Below are positions 8,743 through 16,388 of a stretch of 64,000 bases of DNA, piece after piece. Location of the stretch: the IMG/VR virus record IMGVR_UViG_3300044984_003188; one strand, given 5' to 3'. A program made the position numbers and the translations under genes. Positions within the stretch are counted from its first letter, which is position 1. The number at the start of each line of letters is the position of its first letter. Source of the DNA: a virus. Under the pieces are notes generated by a model. It searched no databases and was not told where the DNA came from. It saw nothing but the letters and a program-made list of their open reading frames with translations.

Positions 8743-9441
8743 ATGTACTATACTATATACAAAATTACCAATAAGATTAATAATAAATTTTATATTGGTA
8801 AACACAAGACTAAAAAATTAGATGATGGTTATATGGGCTCAGGAAAACTTATCAAAGCCGCCATCAAAAAACACGGTAAAGAAAACTTTGAGAAAGAAAT
8901 ACTTGGTTTTTTTAATACCGAAAAAGAAATGGATGAAGCTGAAAAAATATATGTAGTTTTAAGTGAAAGTAGTTATAATCTTTGTCCTGGTGGGGAAGGT
9001 GGATGGGGATATGTTAATGAAAATAAATTATCTCCTATTATGAATCCTGAAACAAAAGTATATCAAAACGGTCGTAAAGCAACTGATCTTATTTTAGAAA
9101 GTAAATATGGTGAAAATTGGAGATCTGTTCTTTCAAATATTGCTAATTCTAAACTAAAAGCAATCTTAGAAAAAGACCCATTATATCTATCTAGTAAAAT
9201 TGGTTCTTTAAACCATTTCTTTGGGAAAAACCACACATCACATACAAAACAAAAAATGTCTTTATCTCACAAACATAAACACAATGGTGAGAAAAATTCA
9301 CAATTTGGTACCATTTGGATAACTGATGGTACCAATAATAAAAAAATAAAATTAGATGAACCGATGCCTGATAATTGGTATCGTGGTAGAAATATAAATG
9401 CCTTCAGATCAAGTGATCTCGGTCGTCTCATAAGCGACTAG
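8743..9441 (+). mobile_element. Seg-like GIY-YIG homing endonuclease
   Basis: YTIYKITNKINNKFYIGKH; paralog of 5174 and 24678. Confidence 0.92.
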
Positions 9442-9471
9442 ATCGTGGAGCGTTACCACGTGAAGGCACCA
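9400..9471 (+). tRNA. tRNA(CAT) (Met or Ile2), highly atypical fold
   Basis: GCCTTCA/TGAAGGC acceptor; D arm GATC-AAGT-GATC; 6-bp anticodon stem; T-loop AGCGTTA; ACCA end. Confidence 0.75.
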
Positions 9472-9492
9472 ATTTGCTTTTAGGATAATGAT

Positions 9493-10188
9493 ATGAGTGT
9501 AGTTAGATTTTTTCTAGATGATTTATTCACAACCGATAGTTCGGAATATGAAATTTTACATAAAGCGGTTTTAGAGTGTAAAGATGTTCCTGGAGCTATA
9601 GTTGAAATAGGCACCAGAATGGGTGGTTCTGCTAGAATCATCATTGATTCTCTAGTATATAATTCAGATACGGATCGTTCAATGTTTTGTATTGATCCTT
9701 ATGGTAATATTGACTATATTAGTACAAATTTAAATGTAACACAACATTATCCAGGCACGCCAGTTTCTGGTGATCCTACTTCTAAAGATATAACTCAACC
9801 TATAAAACTTGATTATTCTAATGAAATGAGGAATAAAATTATTCCTTCTTTATATTATTATGCTTTTAGTAAAGGTATTAATTTTACTTTCTTTTGTATG
9901 GAAGACAGTGAATTTTTTGCTAGATTTAGCGATGGTGTGCCCGTCTATAATCAATTTAAGAAACTAGAAAATCAATATGCATTTGTTTTCTTTGATGGTC
10001 CACATCACAATGAAGCAGTTGAATTAGAAACAAAGTTCTTTGCAGAAAGATCAACCATCGGCACAGTTTTTGTTGCAGATGATATCTGGATGTATAATCA
10101 TGATTTATTTGAAAAAATTATTTTTGATCATGGCTTTACAGTCCTTGAAAAAGGTAATATTAAAGCTTCTTATAAGAAAACATCTTAA
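9493..10188 (+). CDS. Class I SAM-dependent methyltransferase (TylF/Methyltransf_24-like)
   Basis: GAIVEIGTRMGGS, IDPY and FFDGPH motifs. Confidence 0.8.
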   Translation: MSVVRFFLDDLFTTDSSEYEILHKAVLECKDVPGAIVEIGTRMGGSARIIIDSLVYNSDTDRSMFCIDPYGNIDYISTNLNVTQHYPGTPVSGDPTSKDITQPIKLDYSNEMRNKIIPSLYYYAFSKGINFTFFCMEDSEFFARFSDGVPVYNQFKKLENQYAFVFFDGPHHNEAVELETKFFAERSTIGTVFVADDIWMYNHDLFEKIIFDHGFTVLEKGNIKASYKKTS

Positions 10189-10198
10189 GGTTTAAAAT

Positions 10199-10831
10199 AT
10201 GCTTGAAACGTGTTGTGACTTAATGGTTGAAGCCTATGAAAAAGGGCTTATGACTTCTAGAGATGGGAATGTATCTCTACGCTATAGAGGTCAAGACTTT
10301 TTCTATCTATCTCCAACAGATATGCGAAAACAGACTCTTAAGCCAGATCAGTTTAAGAAACTATCCACTTCACTAAAGGAAGATCGTTCACCAATTGCTC
10401 TTCCTTATACAAATATTTCTCTTGGTTTAAAGCCGTCGGGTGAGTTTCCATTGCACTACATGCTACAACGATTGCTTCCAAAGGATTGGGAAACTCGGGT
10501 AGTAATTCATACTCATTCAACTTATACAGTTGCCGCTATGCATGCTGGTCTAGAACTTCATCGGCTTAAAGATCACTTTCCTGAGATTGCTAGATATACT
10601 AAAGTAGCTAAAAGCACTGATGATGTTCCTCCTATTTCTTGGGATTTAGCTGAAGCTTGTATGGAAAACATGAAGCTAAATATGGCTACCGGTGAAACTG
10701 AGTTTAATATTGTCGGTATTAAAGGTCATGGTGTGGTTTCAGTTGATAAGACTCCTTGGAGAGCTTATGAGCATATCGAGAGGCTTGAACACATCTCTAA
10801 GATAATTTTGAGCTCAGGTAAAGGAATTTAA
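10199..10831 (+). CDS. Class II aldolase/adducin-family protein
   Basis: GNVS, PSGE, VIHTHS and GHGV metal-binding motifs. Confidence 0.88.
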   Translation: MLETCCDLMVEAYEKGLMTSRDGNVSLRYRGQDFFYLSPTDMRKQTLKPDQFKKLSTSLKEDRSPIALPYTNISLGLKPSGEFPLHYMLQRLLPKDWETRVVIHTHSTYTVAAMHAGLELHRLKDHFPEIARYTKVAKSTDDVPPISWDLAEACMENMKLNMATGETEFNIVGIKGHGVVSVDKTPWRAYEHIERLEHISKIILSSGKGI

Positions 10832-10871
10832 TTGACACACTAACTATAGTGTGATATATTAAATAAATAAT

Positions 10872-10960
10872 GGGGAGGCTGTTCCGACGGTGGTGGGACG
10901 GCAGTCTGTAAAACTGTTACATTAGAAACATTGTAGGTTCGAATCCTATCCTCCCCACCA
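10872..10960 (+). tRNA. tRNA-Tyr(GTA)
   Basis: CT-GTA-AA loop, long variable arm, ACCA end. Confidence 0.92.
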
Positions 10961-10984
10961 TTTTTCAATGAAAAGGATATAAAT

Positions 10985-11494
10985 ATGAAGACTATTCTTA
11001 TGGCTACAATTATGGCACTTGGTATGACTTCGGTTGCAATTGCCCAGAGTAAGAACGCTTCCGATAGTGGATTTTTTGTCGGTGGGCAGGTAGGATCATT
11101 TACAGGTAAGAATGATCAAGTTACCATTGGTTTAAATGGTGGATATCAAGTCAATCGTTTTCTCCGTGGTGAAGTTACTGTAGAAAATGCTTGGAAGACC
11201 GGAACAGGTTCTGGAACTATGGTATTTGCAAATGTTGTTCCGCAGTACCGAATCCCTGGCACTACTCTAACACCATATGCAGTGGCAGGTGTAGGTTATG
11301 CTTTTGATTCCCTAGGTGCAGTTAAGAGTGGTGTTGCTTCTCCGGTTTATAATCTAGGACTAGGAACACGTGTCATGATCACTGATAATCTTGATGCTGA
11401 TCTTCGCTGGCGTAATGTCCGTTCAATGAATGGTTCTAATGCTCGTGTTCGTGATGACCATATTTTTATGGTTGGTGCATCTTATAAGTTCTAA
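10985..11494 (+). CDS. Outer-membrane beta-barrel protein (Omp/Opacity-like)
   Basis: Signal peptide; TPYAVAGVGY; C-terminal VGASYKF aromatic signal. Confidence 0.85.
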   Translation: MKTILMATIMALGMTSVAIAQSKNASDSGFFVGGQVGSFTGKNDQVTIGLNGGYQVNRFLRGEVTVENAWKTGTGSGTMVFANVVPQYRIPGTTLTPYAVAGVGYAFDSLGAVKSGVASPVYNLGLGTRVMITDNLDADLRWRNVRSMNGSNARVRDDHIFMVGASYKF

Positions 11495-11576
11495 AATAAA
11501 TACGGGGACGTGGGATAAACACCCGACAATCCATGTCTTAATTTGAGAATTGGTAATCTCTCCCGAAACATTTTAT

Positions 11577-11652
11577 GGTGAGTGGAGTCAGTAGGTATGG
11601 ACGGTGGTCTGTGAAACCATCTAAGCGGGATCAATACCCGTCACTCACCCCA
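11577..11652 (+). tRNA. tRNA-His(GTG) with G-1:C73
   Basis: GGTGAGTG/CACTCACC plus CCA; CT-GTG-AA loop. Confidence 0.9.
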
Positions 11653-11665
11653 ACTTAAATAATAC

Positions 11666-11758
11666 GGAGAGTGAACCGGACAGGCGTACCGGGCTCGCCT
11701 TGAAAGCGATGCGAACCCTTAAAAAGGTTTGGACTTCGAGTGTACCCGCTCTCCGCCA
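11666..11758 (+). tRNA. tRNA-Ser(TGA), 8/4 type
   Basis: 8-bp acceptor GGAGAGTG/CGCTCTCC; 4-bp bulged T stem; long V arm; GCCA end. Confidence 0.85.
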
Positions 11759-11774
11759 TTTTTTTAGGTCTACA

Positions 11775-11951
11775 ATGCAAGATATAGATCAACATATAGA
11801 CACTAAAGAATTCAATCAGTCATTTTGGGAATGGTTTGACAATCTTCCCGAGATTAAACGAAATCAATTCAACTATTATAAAAGTGATCTTGCTAAAATA
11901 AACTTTTATAATACACAATGGCGTTATCGACTCCATGGCTCGAATGGCTAG
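11775..11951 (+). CDS. Hypothetical protein
   Basis: MQDIDQHIDTKEFNQSFWEWFD; 3' end overlaps tRNA-Cys. Confidence 0.55.
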   Translation: MQDIDQHIDTKEFNQSFWEWFDNLPEIKRNQFNYYKSDLAKINFYNTQWRYRLHGSNG

Positions 11952-12004
11952 GCAGAGGACTGCAAATCCTTTTAATCTCAGTTCAAATCTGGGTGGAGTC
12001 TCCA
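11929..12004 (+). tRNA. tRNA-Cys(GCA)
   Basis: CT-GCA-AA loop; TCCA end. Confidence 0.9.
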
Positions 12005-12008
12005 ACTT

Positions 12009-12428
12009 ATGAAATATATTCTAGCTTTTTTAATATCACTATATGCTACCTCTGCTCTAGCTAATCCATATCAGTACAGAGTTACTCGAGTACTTGATGG
12101 AGATACTATTGAGTTTGATGCTCCATTTCTCCCAGTTGAACTAAAACAAGTCCTAAAGCTTAGGATTATTGAGGTTGATACACCCGAAAAAGGTAGTTTA
12201 GCTAAATGTCGGGCAGAAGCAGATAAGGCTCTTAGAGCTACAAACTTTACTAAGAGAATGGTCGGCACTGCTACTCGACATGAAGTTATTCTTGTAAGTT
12301 GGGATAAATATGGCGGTAGAGTTCTAGGCGATCTTATTCTAGATGGCAAGAGTCTTAAGAAAATGCTAATAGAATCTGGTCATGCTAGACCATATGATGG
12401 TGGTAAAAAAGCTAGCTGGTGCAATTAA
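12009..12428 (+). CDS. Thermonuclease (SNase) family protein with signal peptide
   Basis: RVLDGDT, VDTPE and DKYGGRVLG motifs. Confidence 0.9.
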   Translation: MKYILAFLISLYATSALANPYQYRVTRVLDGDTIEFDAPFLPVELKQVLKLRIIEVDTPEKGSLAKCRAEADKALRATNFTKRMVGTATRHEVILVSWDKYGGRVLGDLILDGKSLKKMLIESGHARPYDGGKKASWCN

Positions 12429-12643
12429 TTGTTGACAAATCTGCTAGTTGTGGTATAAATAACTTATACTGATTGAGAGGAATTTAAATGCCTGACAGTT
12501 ATTCAATTCAGATGCTTAAAGCTTCAGCCTTTGATCATGAATTGAGAAATGTCATTGATCTTTTACCTCTAGATCAACAAGATGAAGAAACAGTAGTTGT
12601 AAAGAATTATTTGGCTAAACGAATTCTTGAACTTAAAAAATAA

Positions 12644-12718
12644 CCGGGTGTAGCTCAGAGGAAGAGCGCTAGTTTTGGGAACTAGAGGCCGAGATTTCGA
12701 TACTCTCCATCCGGACCA
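12644..12718 (+). tRNA. tRNA-Pro(TGG)
   Basis: CTAGT-TTTGGGA-ACTAG; ACCA end. Confidence 0.88.
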
Positions 12719-12725
12719 TTATAAA

Positions 12726-12841
12726 TTACATATATGCGGTTAGCGCCGGTCACTTAGTTATAAATGGATAACTCTACGATTTATAACGATATAGAAGCTT
12801 GATCCAAGAGTAAGTGAGTTTGAGGGATCAACTATATGTAA
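12726..12841 (+). ncRNA. Orphan structured RNA
   Basis: Nested stems TTACATATA/TATATGTAA, TCACTTA/TAAGTGA, GTTATAAAT/ATTTATAAC. Confidence 0.5.
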
Positions 12842-12849
12842 ACTTTAAT

Positions 12850-12925
12850 GCCTGATTAGCACAGCGGTAGTTGCATCTGCTTTACACGCAGAATGTCGGC
12901 GGTTCAATCCCGTCATCAGGTACCA
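12850..12925 (+). tRNA. tRNA-Val(TAC)
   Basis: TT-TAC-AC loop; ACCA end. Confidence 0.92.
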
Positions 12926-12942
12926 TATTATGTGAGGAAGTT

Positions 12943-13128
12943 ATGACAAAAACAGTAGAGATTATTCTTTGTAAAACTTGTAAAGGTACTGGTCAAACTT
13001 CTTACGAAGAATGTGTCAATTATCATAAAAGAGAATACGACACAATCTATAAAACTTGCTATAATTGCAAAGGTTCTGGTAGACTTAAACATATTACAAC
13101 TGTTGAAATTGAACCATATTGCAATTGA
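12943..13128 (+). CDS. Small DnaJ-type zinc-finger protein
   Basis: CKTCKGTG and CYNCKGSG. Confidence 0.75.
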   Translation: MTKTVEIILCKTCKGTGQTSYEECVNYHKREYDTIYKTCYNCKGSGRLKHITTVEIEPYCN

Positions 13129-13134
13129 CTTAAT

Positions 13135-13210
13135 GCCGCCTTGGTGAAGCTGGTGCTCACGTGCCTCTGAAGAAGGTGAAAACTCTGTTCGATTCAGAGA
13201 GGCGGCACCA
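13135..13210 (+). tRNA. tRNA-Phe(GAA)
   Basis: CT-GAA-GA loop; ACCA end. Confidence 0.88.
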
Positions 13211-13216
13211 TAATAT

Positions 13217-13291
13217 AGCCTCTTAGCATAACGGTAGTGCAACAGACTTTGAATCTGTAAAGTCCAAGTTCGAATCTTGGAGAGGCTGCCA
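13217..13291 (+). tRNA. tRNA-Gln(TTG)
   Basis: ACAGA-CTTTGAA-TCTGT; GCCA end. Confidence 0.92.
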
Positions 13292-13301
13292 ATCTTATTG
13301 A

Positions 13302-13377
13302 AGCCATCTAGCATAACGGCTAGTGCGCTTGACTCTGACTCAAGTTTGTCTAGGTTCGAATCCTAGGATGGCTACCA
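13302..13377 (+). tRNA. tRNA-Gln(CTG)
   Basis: CTTGA-CTCTGAC-TCAAG; ACCA end. Confidence 0.92.
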
Positions 13378-13381
13378 CTTT

Positions 13382-13456
13382 GCTGATATAATTCAATGGT
13401 AGAATTCTTCGTTGCCAACGAAGTTGTTATCGGTTCGAGTCCGATTATCAGCTCCA
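13382..13456 (+). tRNA. tRNA-Gly(GCC)
   Basis: TT-GCC-AA loop; TCCA end. Confidence 0.92.
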
Positions 13457-13462
13457 CTTTAT

Positions 13463-13539
13463 ACTCCCGTAGCTCAACTGAATAGAGCACTAGTTTACGA
13501 AGCTATTGGTTGCAGGTTTGAATCCTGTCGGGAGTTCCA
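13463..13539 (+). tRNA. tRNA-Arg(ACG)
   Basis: TT-ACG-AA loop; TCCA end. Confidence 0.88.
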
Positions 13540-13545
13540 CTTTAT

Positions 13546-13622
13546 GCCTGTGTAGTCCAATTGGTAGAGATGCTAGTTTTAGAAACTAGATGTTGCTGGT
13601 TCAAATCCAGTCACAGGTACCA
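13546..13622 (+). tRNA. tRNA-Leu(TAG), short variable loop
   Basis: CTAGT-TTTAGAA-ACTAG; ACCA end. Confidence 0.9.
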
Positions 13623-13624
13623 AC

Positions 13625-13722
13625 TTAATCGCCTAACCTGAGTTGATCACGGGTCGTTTCTTGATAATGTCAACTACATCGGATATTACCCGACTAATAT
13701 GTTGACTAATTGGGGCGGTTAA
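13625..13722 (+). ncRNA. Orphan structured RNA
   Basis: Closing stem TTAATCGCCT/GGGCGGTTAA; inner ACCTG/CGGGT, GTCAAC/GTTGAC, TCGG/CCGA. Confidence 0.5.
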
Positions 13723-13729
13723 CAATAAT

Positions 13730-13805
13730 GAATCTTTAGCTCAGTTGGGAGAGCACTTGCTTGACATGCAAGAGGTCGCTGGGTCGGGACCAGCAAGATT
13801 CACCA
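13730..13805 (+). tRNA. tRNA-Val(GAC)
   Basis: TT-GAC-AT loop; atypical T-loop GTCGGGA; ACCA end. Confidence 0.88.
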
Positions 13806-13811
13806 ATTTTT

Positions 13812-13886
13812 GGGGGTAGGGCAGAGTACCCGGGGTTCCCTTGCACGGAGCCAGCCTGGTGGGTTTGAGTCCCACTACTTCCACCA
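13812..13886 (+). tRNA. tRNA-Ala(TGC)
   Basis: G3:U70 pair; CT-TGC-AC loop; atypical D arm; ACCA end. Confidence 0.82.
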
Positions 13887-13918
13887 ATAATAGAGTTACT
13901 CTACATATGTAGAGTTAT

Positions 13919-14005
13919 GGGGGAGATTCCACGTGGTGTGGATTTATCCAGCTGGATAACTACAGCAACAAATTTTAATTGGTTCGAGTCCGATTTCCCC
14001 CGCCA
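13919..14005 (+). ncRNA. Anticodon-less tRNA-like RNA carrying the TACAGCAACA motif
   Basis: Acceptor GGGGGAG/TTCCCCC plus GCCA; TTCGAGT T arm; anticodon arm replaced by TTATCCA-GC-TGGATAA; motif at 13961-13970. Confidence 0.7.
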
Positions 14006-14011
14006 AGTTAA

Positions 14012-14085
14012 GTCGCATTCGTTTAATGGTAGGACGTCCGCCTGTCCAGCGGATAGCGGGGGTTCAATTCCCCCATGCGGCGCCA
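14012..14085 (+). tRNA. tRNA-Asp(GTC)
   Basis: TCCGC-CTGTCCA-GCGGA; GCCA end. Confidence 0.92.
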
Positions 14086-14094
14086 CTGAATATT

Positions 14095-14186
14095 GGAGCG
14101 TAAACCGGACAGGCGTGCCGGACTTCCCTGCTAAGGAATGTGGACTTAGAAATAAGTTTTAGTTTCAAATACTATGCGCTCCGCCA
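14095..14186 (+). tRNA. tRNA-Ser(GCT), 8/4 type
   Basis: 8-bp acceptor GGAGCGTA/TGCGCTCC; 4-bp T stem TAGT/ACTA; CT-GCT-AA loop; GCCA end. Confidence 0.85.
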
Positions 14187-15184
14187 TTCTTAATAACAAC
14201 AAGATTTTCAAGAAAAATATCTGTTGTTTTTTCCCATGAAAAATGATTGCTACTGTCCATAACTTTTTGTCTATCTAAAGTTAAGCATTTTTCAATTGCT
14301 AGTTCCAGATTAGAATCCATGCACCCAGTAACACCTTCGTTGATGACATCAATGGGGCCTGTTACTGGGTATGCTGCTATTGGTGTTCCGCATGCCATGG
14401 CTTCAATCATTACAACACCAAAAGTATCTGATTTACTTGGAAAAACAAATACATCAGCATTTGCATAATAATAAGCTAATTCATCACCTTGTTTAAAACC
14501 TAAAAATAAAACATCTGGATATTTTTGTCTTAATTTATCTAGATATGGGCCATCACCTATTAGAAGTTTAATCCCATTGGTTTTTAGACCACAGAAATCA
14601 TCTAAGCCTTTTTCTCTACTTGCTCTACTAACACATAATAATATAGGTTGTTGTTTTAAAGATTTTACTCTTGGGGAACTATTAAATATAGATCTATCTA
14701 CACCTCTGGTCCATACAACTAAATTTTTAAATCCTTGATCTTCAAGTTCTTTTTTCATACTTTTTGTAGTGACTAATATTCTTTGTGAAAATTTATGAAA
14801 TAATCTCATCAAAAAATAACCAGCTTTTAATGGCAATCCAATGTGAATTTTTAGATATTCAGGAAATTTTGTATGATAACTAGTATTGTGTGGGATATTA
14901 TTCTTTTTTATTTTACAGTACCATCTAGCAGCAAAGCCTAAAGTCCCTTCAGTGCTTATATGAATTGCATCTGGTTGAAATTCCTCAATAAGATCAATTG
15001 TTTTCCAGAAATTGATAGCGATATCATTATCCGGATAAAACCATGGTTTAATAGTCTTAAATAAAGATGGCTCTATTACCAGAACTGTGTGACCACGTTT
15101 TTCAAGCTCATGGACCAAAGCTTTCATGGTTGTGGCAACACCATTAATATTATTCCAGGTATCTGATACTATACATATTTTCAT
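14165..15184 (-). CDS. GT4 glycosyltransferase, Agt-like (diacylglycerol glycosyltransferase)
   Basis: IVSDTW..INGV, IHISTEGTLG, TSYHTKFPEY, DVFVFPSKSDTFGVVMIEAMACGTP; coupled to a PlcP-like gene. Confidence 0.85.
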   Translation of the reverse strand: MKICIVSDTWNNINGVATTMKALVHELEKRGHTVLVIEPSLFKTIKPWFYPDNDIAINFWKTIDLIEEFQPDAIHISTEGTLGFAARWYCKIKKNNIPHNTSYHTKFPEYLKIHIGLPLKAGYFLMRLFHKFSQRILVTTKSMKKELEDQGFKNLVVWTRGVDRSIFNSSPRVKSLKQQPILLCVSRASREKGLDDFCGLKTNGIKLLIGDGPYLDKLRQKYPDVLFLGFKQGDELAYYYANADVFVFPSKSDTFGVVMIEAMACGTPIAAYPVTGPIDVINEGVTGCMDSNLELAIEKCLTLDRQKVMDSSNHFSWEKTTDIFLENLVVIKNGGAHSI

Positions 15185-15945
15185 TAATATACTTTAACTA
15201 CCTCCATTTTATCATTTTCCAATATTAAAAGATGAAATTCTCCATCATAAGTTTCTACTATGGCTGAGCAAGTTTCAACCCAATCACCAGTATTCATATA
15301 TGTGATATTATTTAATGTTTTTATTGTTGGCGTATGTATATGCCCACAAATAACTCCGTGATATCCACCTTCTTTGGTGTGTTTGACTAGATGTTCTTCA
15401 AATTTATATATAAAATTTACAGCTTGTTTAGTACGAGTTTTAATGTATTTACTTAAACTCCAATACCCTAGACCAAATTTTGTTCTTATAAAATGTAAAA
15501 TGCCATTTGAAGAAAGAAGAAGATTATAACCTATATCTCCTACTATGCTAATCCACTTCCAATGTCTTGTAACTTGGTCAAATAAATCCCCATGCGTTAT
15601 TAGCCATTTTCTACCTTTGATATCAGTATATTCATAGTTATTAACTAAACTGATATTTCCTACATCAAATTTATGTTTTAGCCACTTTCGTAGAAATTCA
15701 TCGTGATTTCCTACAATATATACTATTTTAGTCCCTCTTTTGGCTTTTGTTAAAAATCTTCTAATAACATTGCTATGTGCTTGATTCCAACTCCATCCAC
15801 GCTGTAATTTCCACCCATCAATAATATCACCTACTAGATAAAGTTCTTCACAATCATTTTCTTTTAGAAAAGAACATATTTCATTTGCTTTACATGAATT
15901 AGACCCCAGATGAATATCTGATATCCATATAGCTTTATATTTCAT
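15184..15945 (-). CDS. plcP: PlcP/LpxH2-like metallophosphoesterase (putative phospholipase C)
   Basis: ISDIHLG, LYLVGDIIDGW, GNHDEFLR, HGDLFD, CGHIH and NTGDWVE motifs; W-x-W-x-Q-x-H segment typical of PlcP. Confidence 0.75.
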   Translation of the reverse strand: MKYKAIWISDIHLGSNSCKANEICSFLKENDCEELYLVGDIIDGWKLQRGWSWNQAHSNVIRRFLTKAKRGTKIVYIVGNHDEFLRKWLKHKFDVGNISLVNNYEYTDIKGRKWLITHGDLFDQVTRHWKWISIVGDIGYNLLLSSNGILHFIRTKFGLGYWSLSKYIKTRTKQAVNFIYKFEEHLVKHTKEGGYHGVICGHIHTPTIKTLNNITYMNTGDWVETCSAIVETYDGEFHLLILENDKMEVVKVY

Positions 15946-15999
15946 CTAAAAATACCTCATAAATAACCCACCATTATTTAATATAGGAGTTTCCATGGA

Positions 16000-16359
16000 A
16001 TGGAAAGTATATCAACTTTAGGTAAACATTTGATTTTGGAAGTTTGGGGAGCCGAGAAATCCCTACCTTTTTGGCAAATGGATGAAGCAGCTGAAGTACT
16101 AAAACAAGCTGCTATTGATGCAGGTGCAACTGTTCTATCTGAACGCTGGCACCATTTTGGTGAAGGCTTTGGTTATACCGGAGTTGTTATATTAGCAGAA
16201 AGTCATATATCTGTGCATTCATGGCCAGAGCATGGATATGCTGCTCTGGATATATTCATGTGTGGTGTTGCCGATCCAATGCTTACTATTCCTGCTATAG
16301 AAAAGTTCTATAAACCTCACAGAATGGAAACTACTCTTCTGGAAAGAGGCAAAAAATAA
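16000..16359 (+). CDS. speD: S-adenosylmethionine decarboxylase proenzyme
   Basis: GKHLILE; LAESHISVHSWPEHGYAALDIFMCG. Confidence 0.95.
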   Translation: MESISTLGKHLILEVWGAEKSLPFWQMDEAAEVLKQAAIDAGATVLSERWHHFGEGFGYTGVVILAESHISVHSWPEHGYAALDIFMCGVADPMLTIPAIEKFYKPHRMETTLLERGKK

Positions 16360-16381
16360 AGGGGCAGTGATGCCCCTTTTT
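16357..16381. terminator. Bidirectional Rho-independent terminator
   Basis: AAAGGGGCA-gtga-TGCCCCTTTTT between convergent genes. Confidence 0.8.
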
Positions 16382-16388
16382 AGTATTC

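Noticed and set aside
13919-14005. tmRNA
   Set aside because: Only 87 nt, no G3:U70, no tag reading frame, and a G discriminator.
5979-14162. Short ORFs overlapping tRNAs (5979, 6478, 7143, 8210, 11820, 12928, 13901, 13917) and 26316-26558
   Set aside because: They lie across tRNA or ncRNA genes, lack SD signals and are spurious translations.
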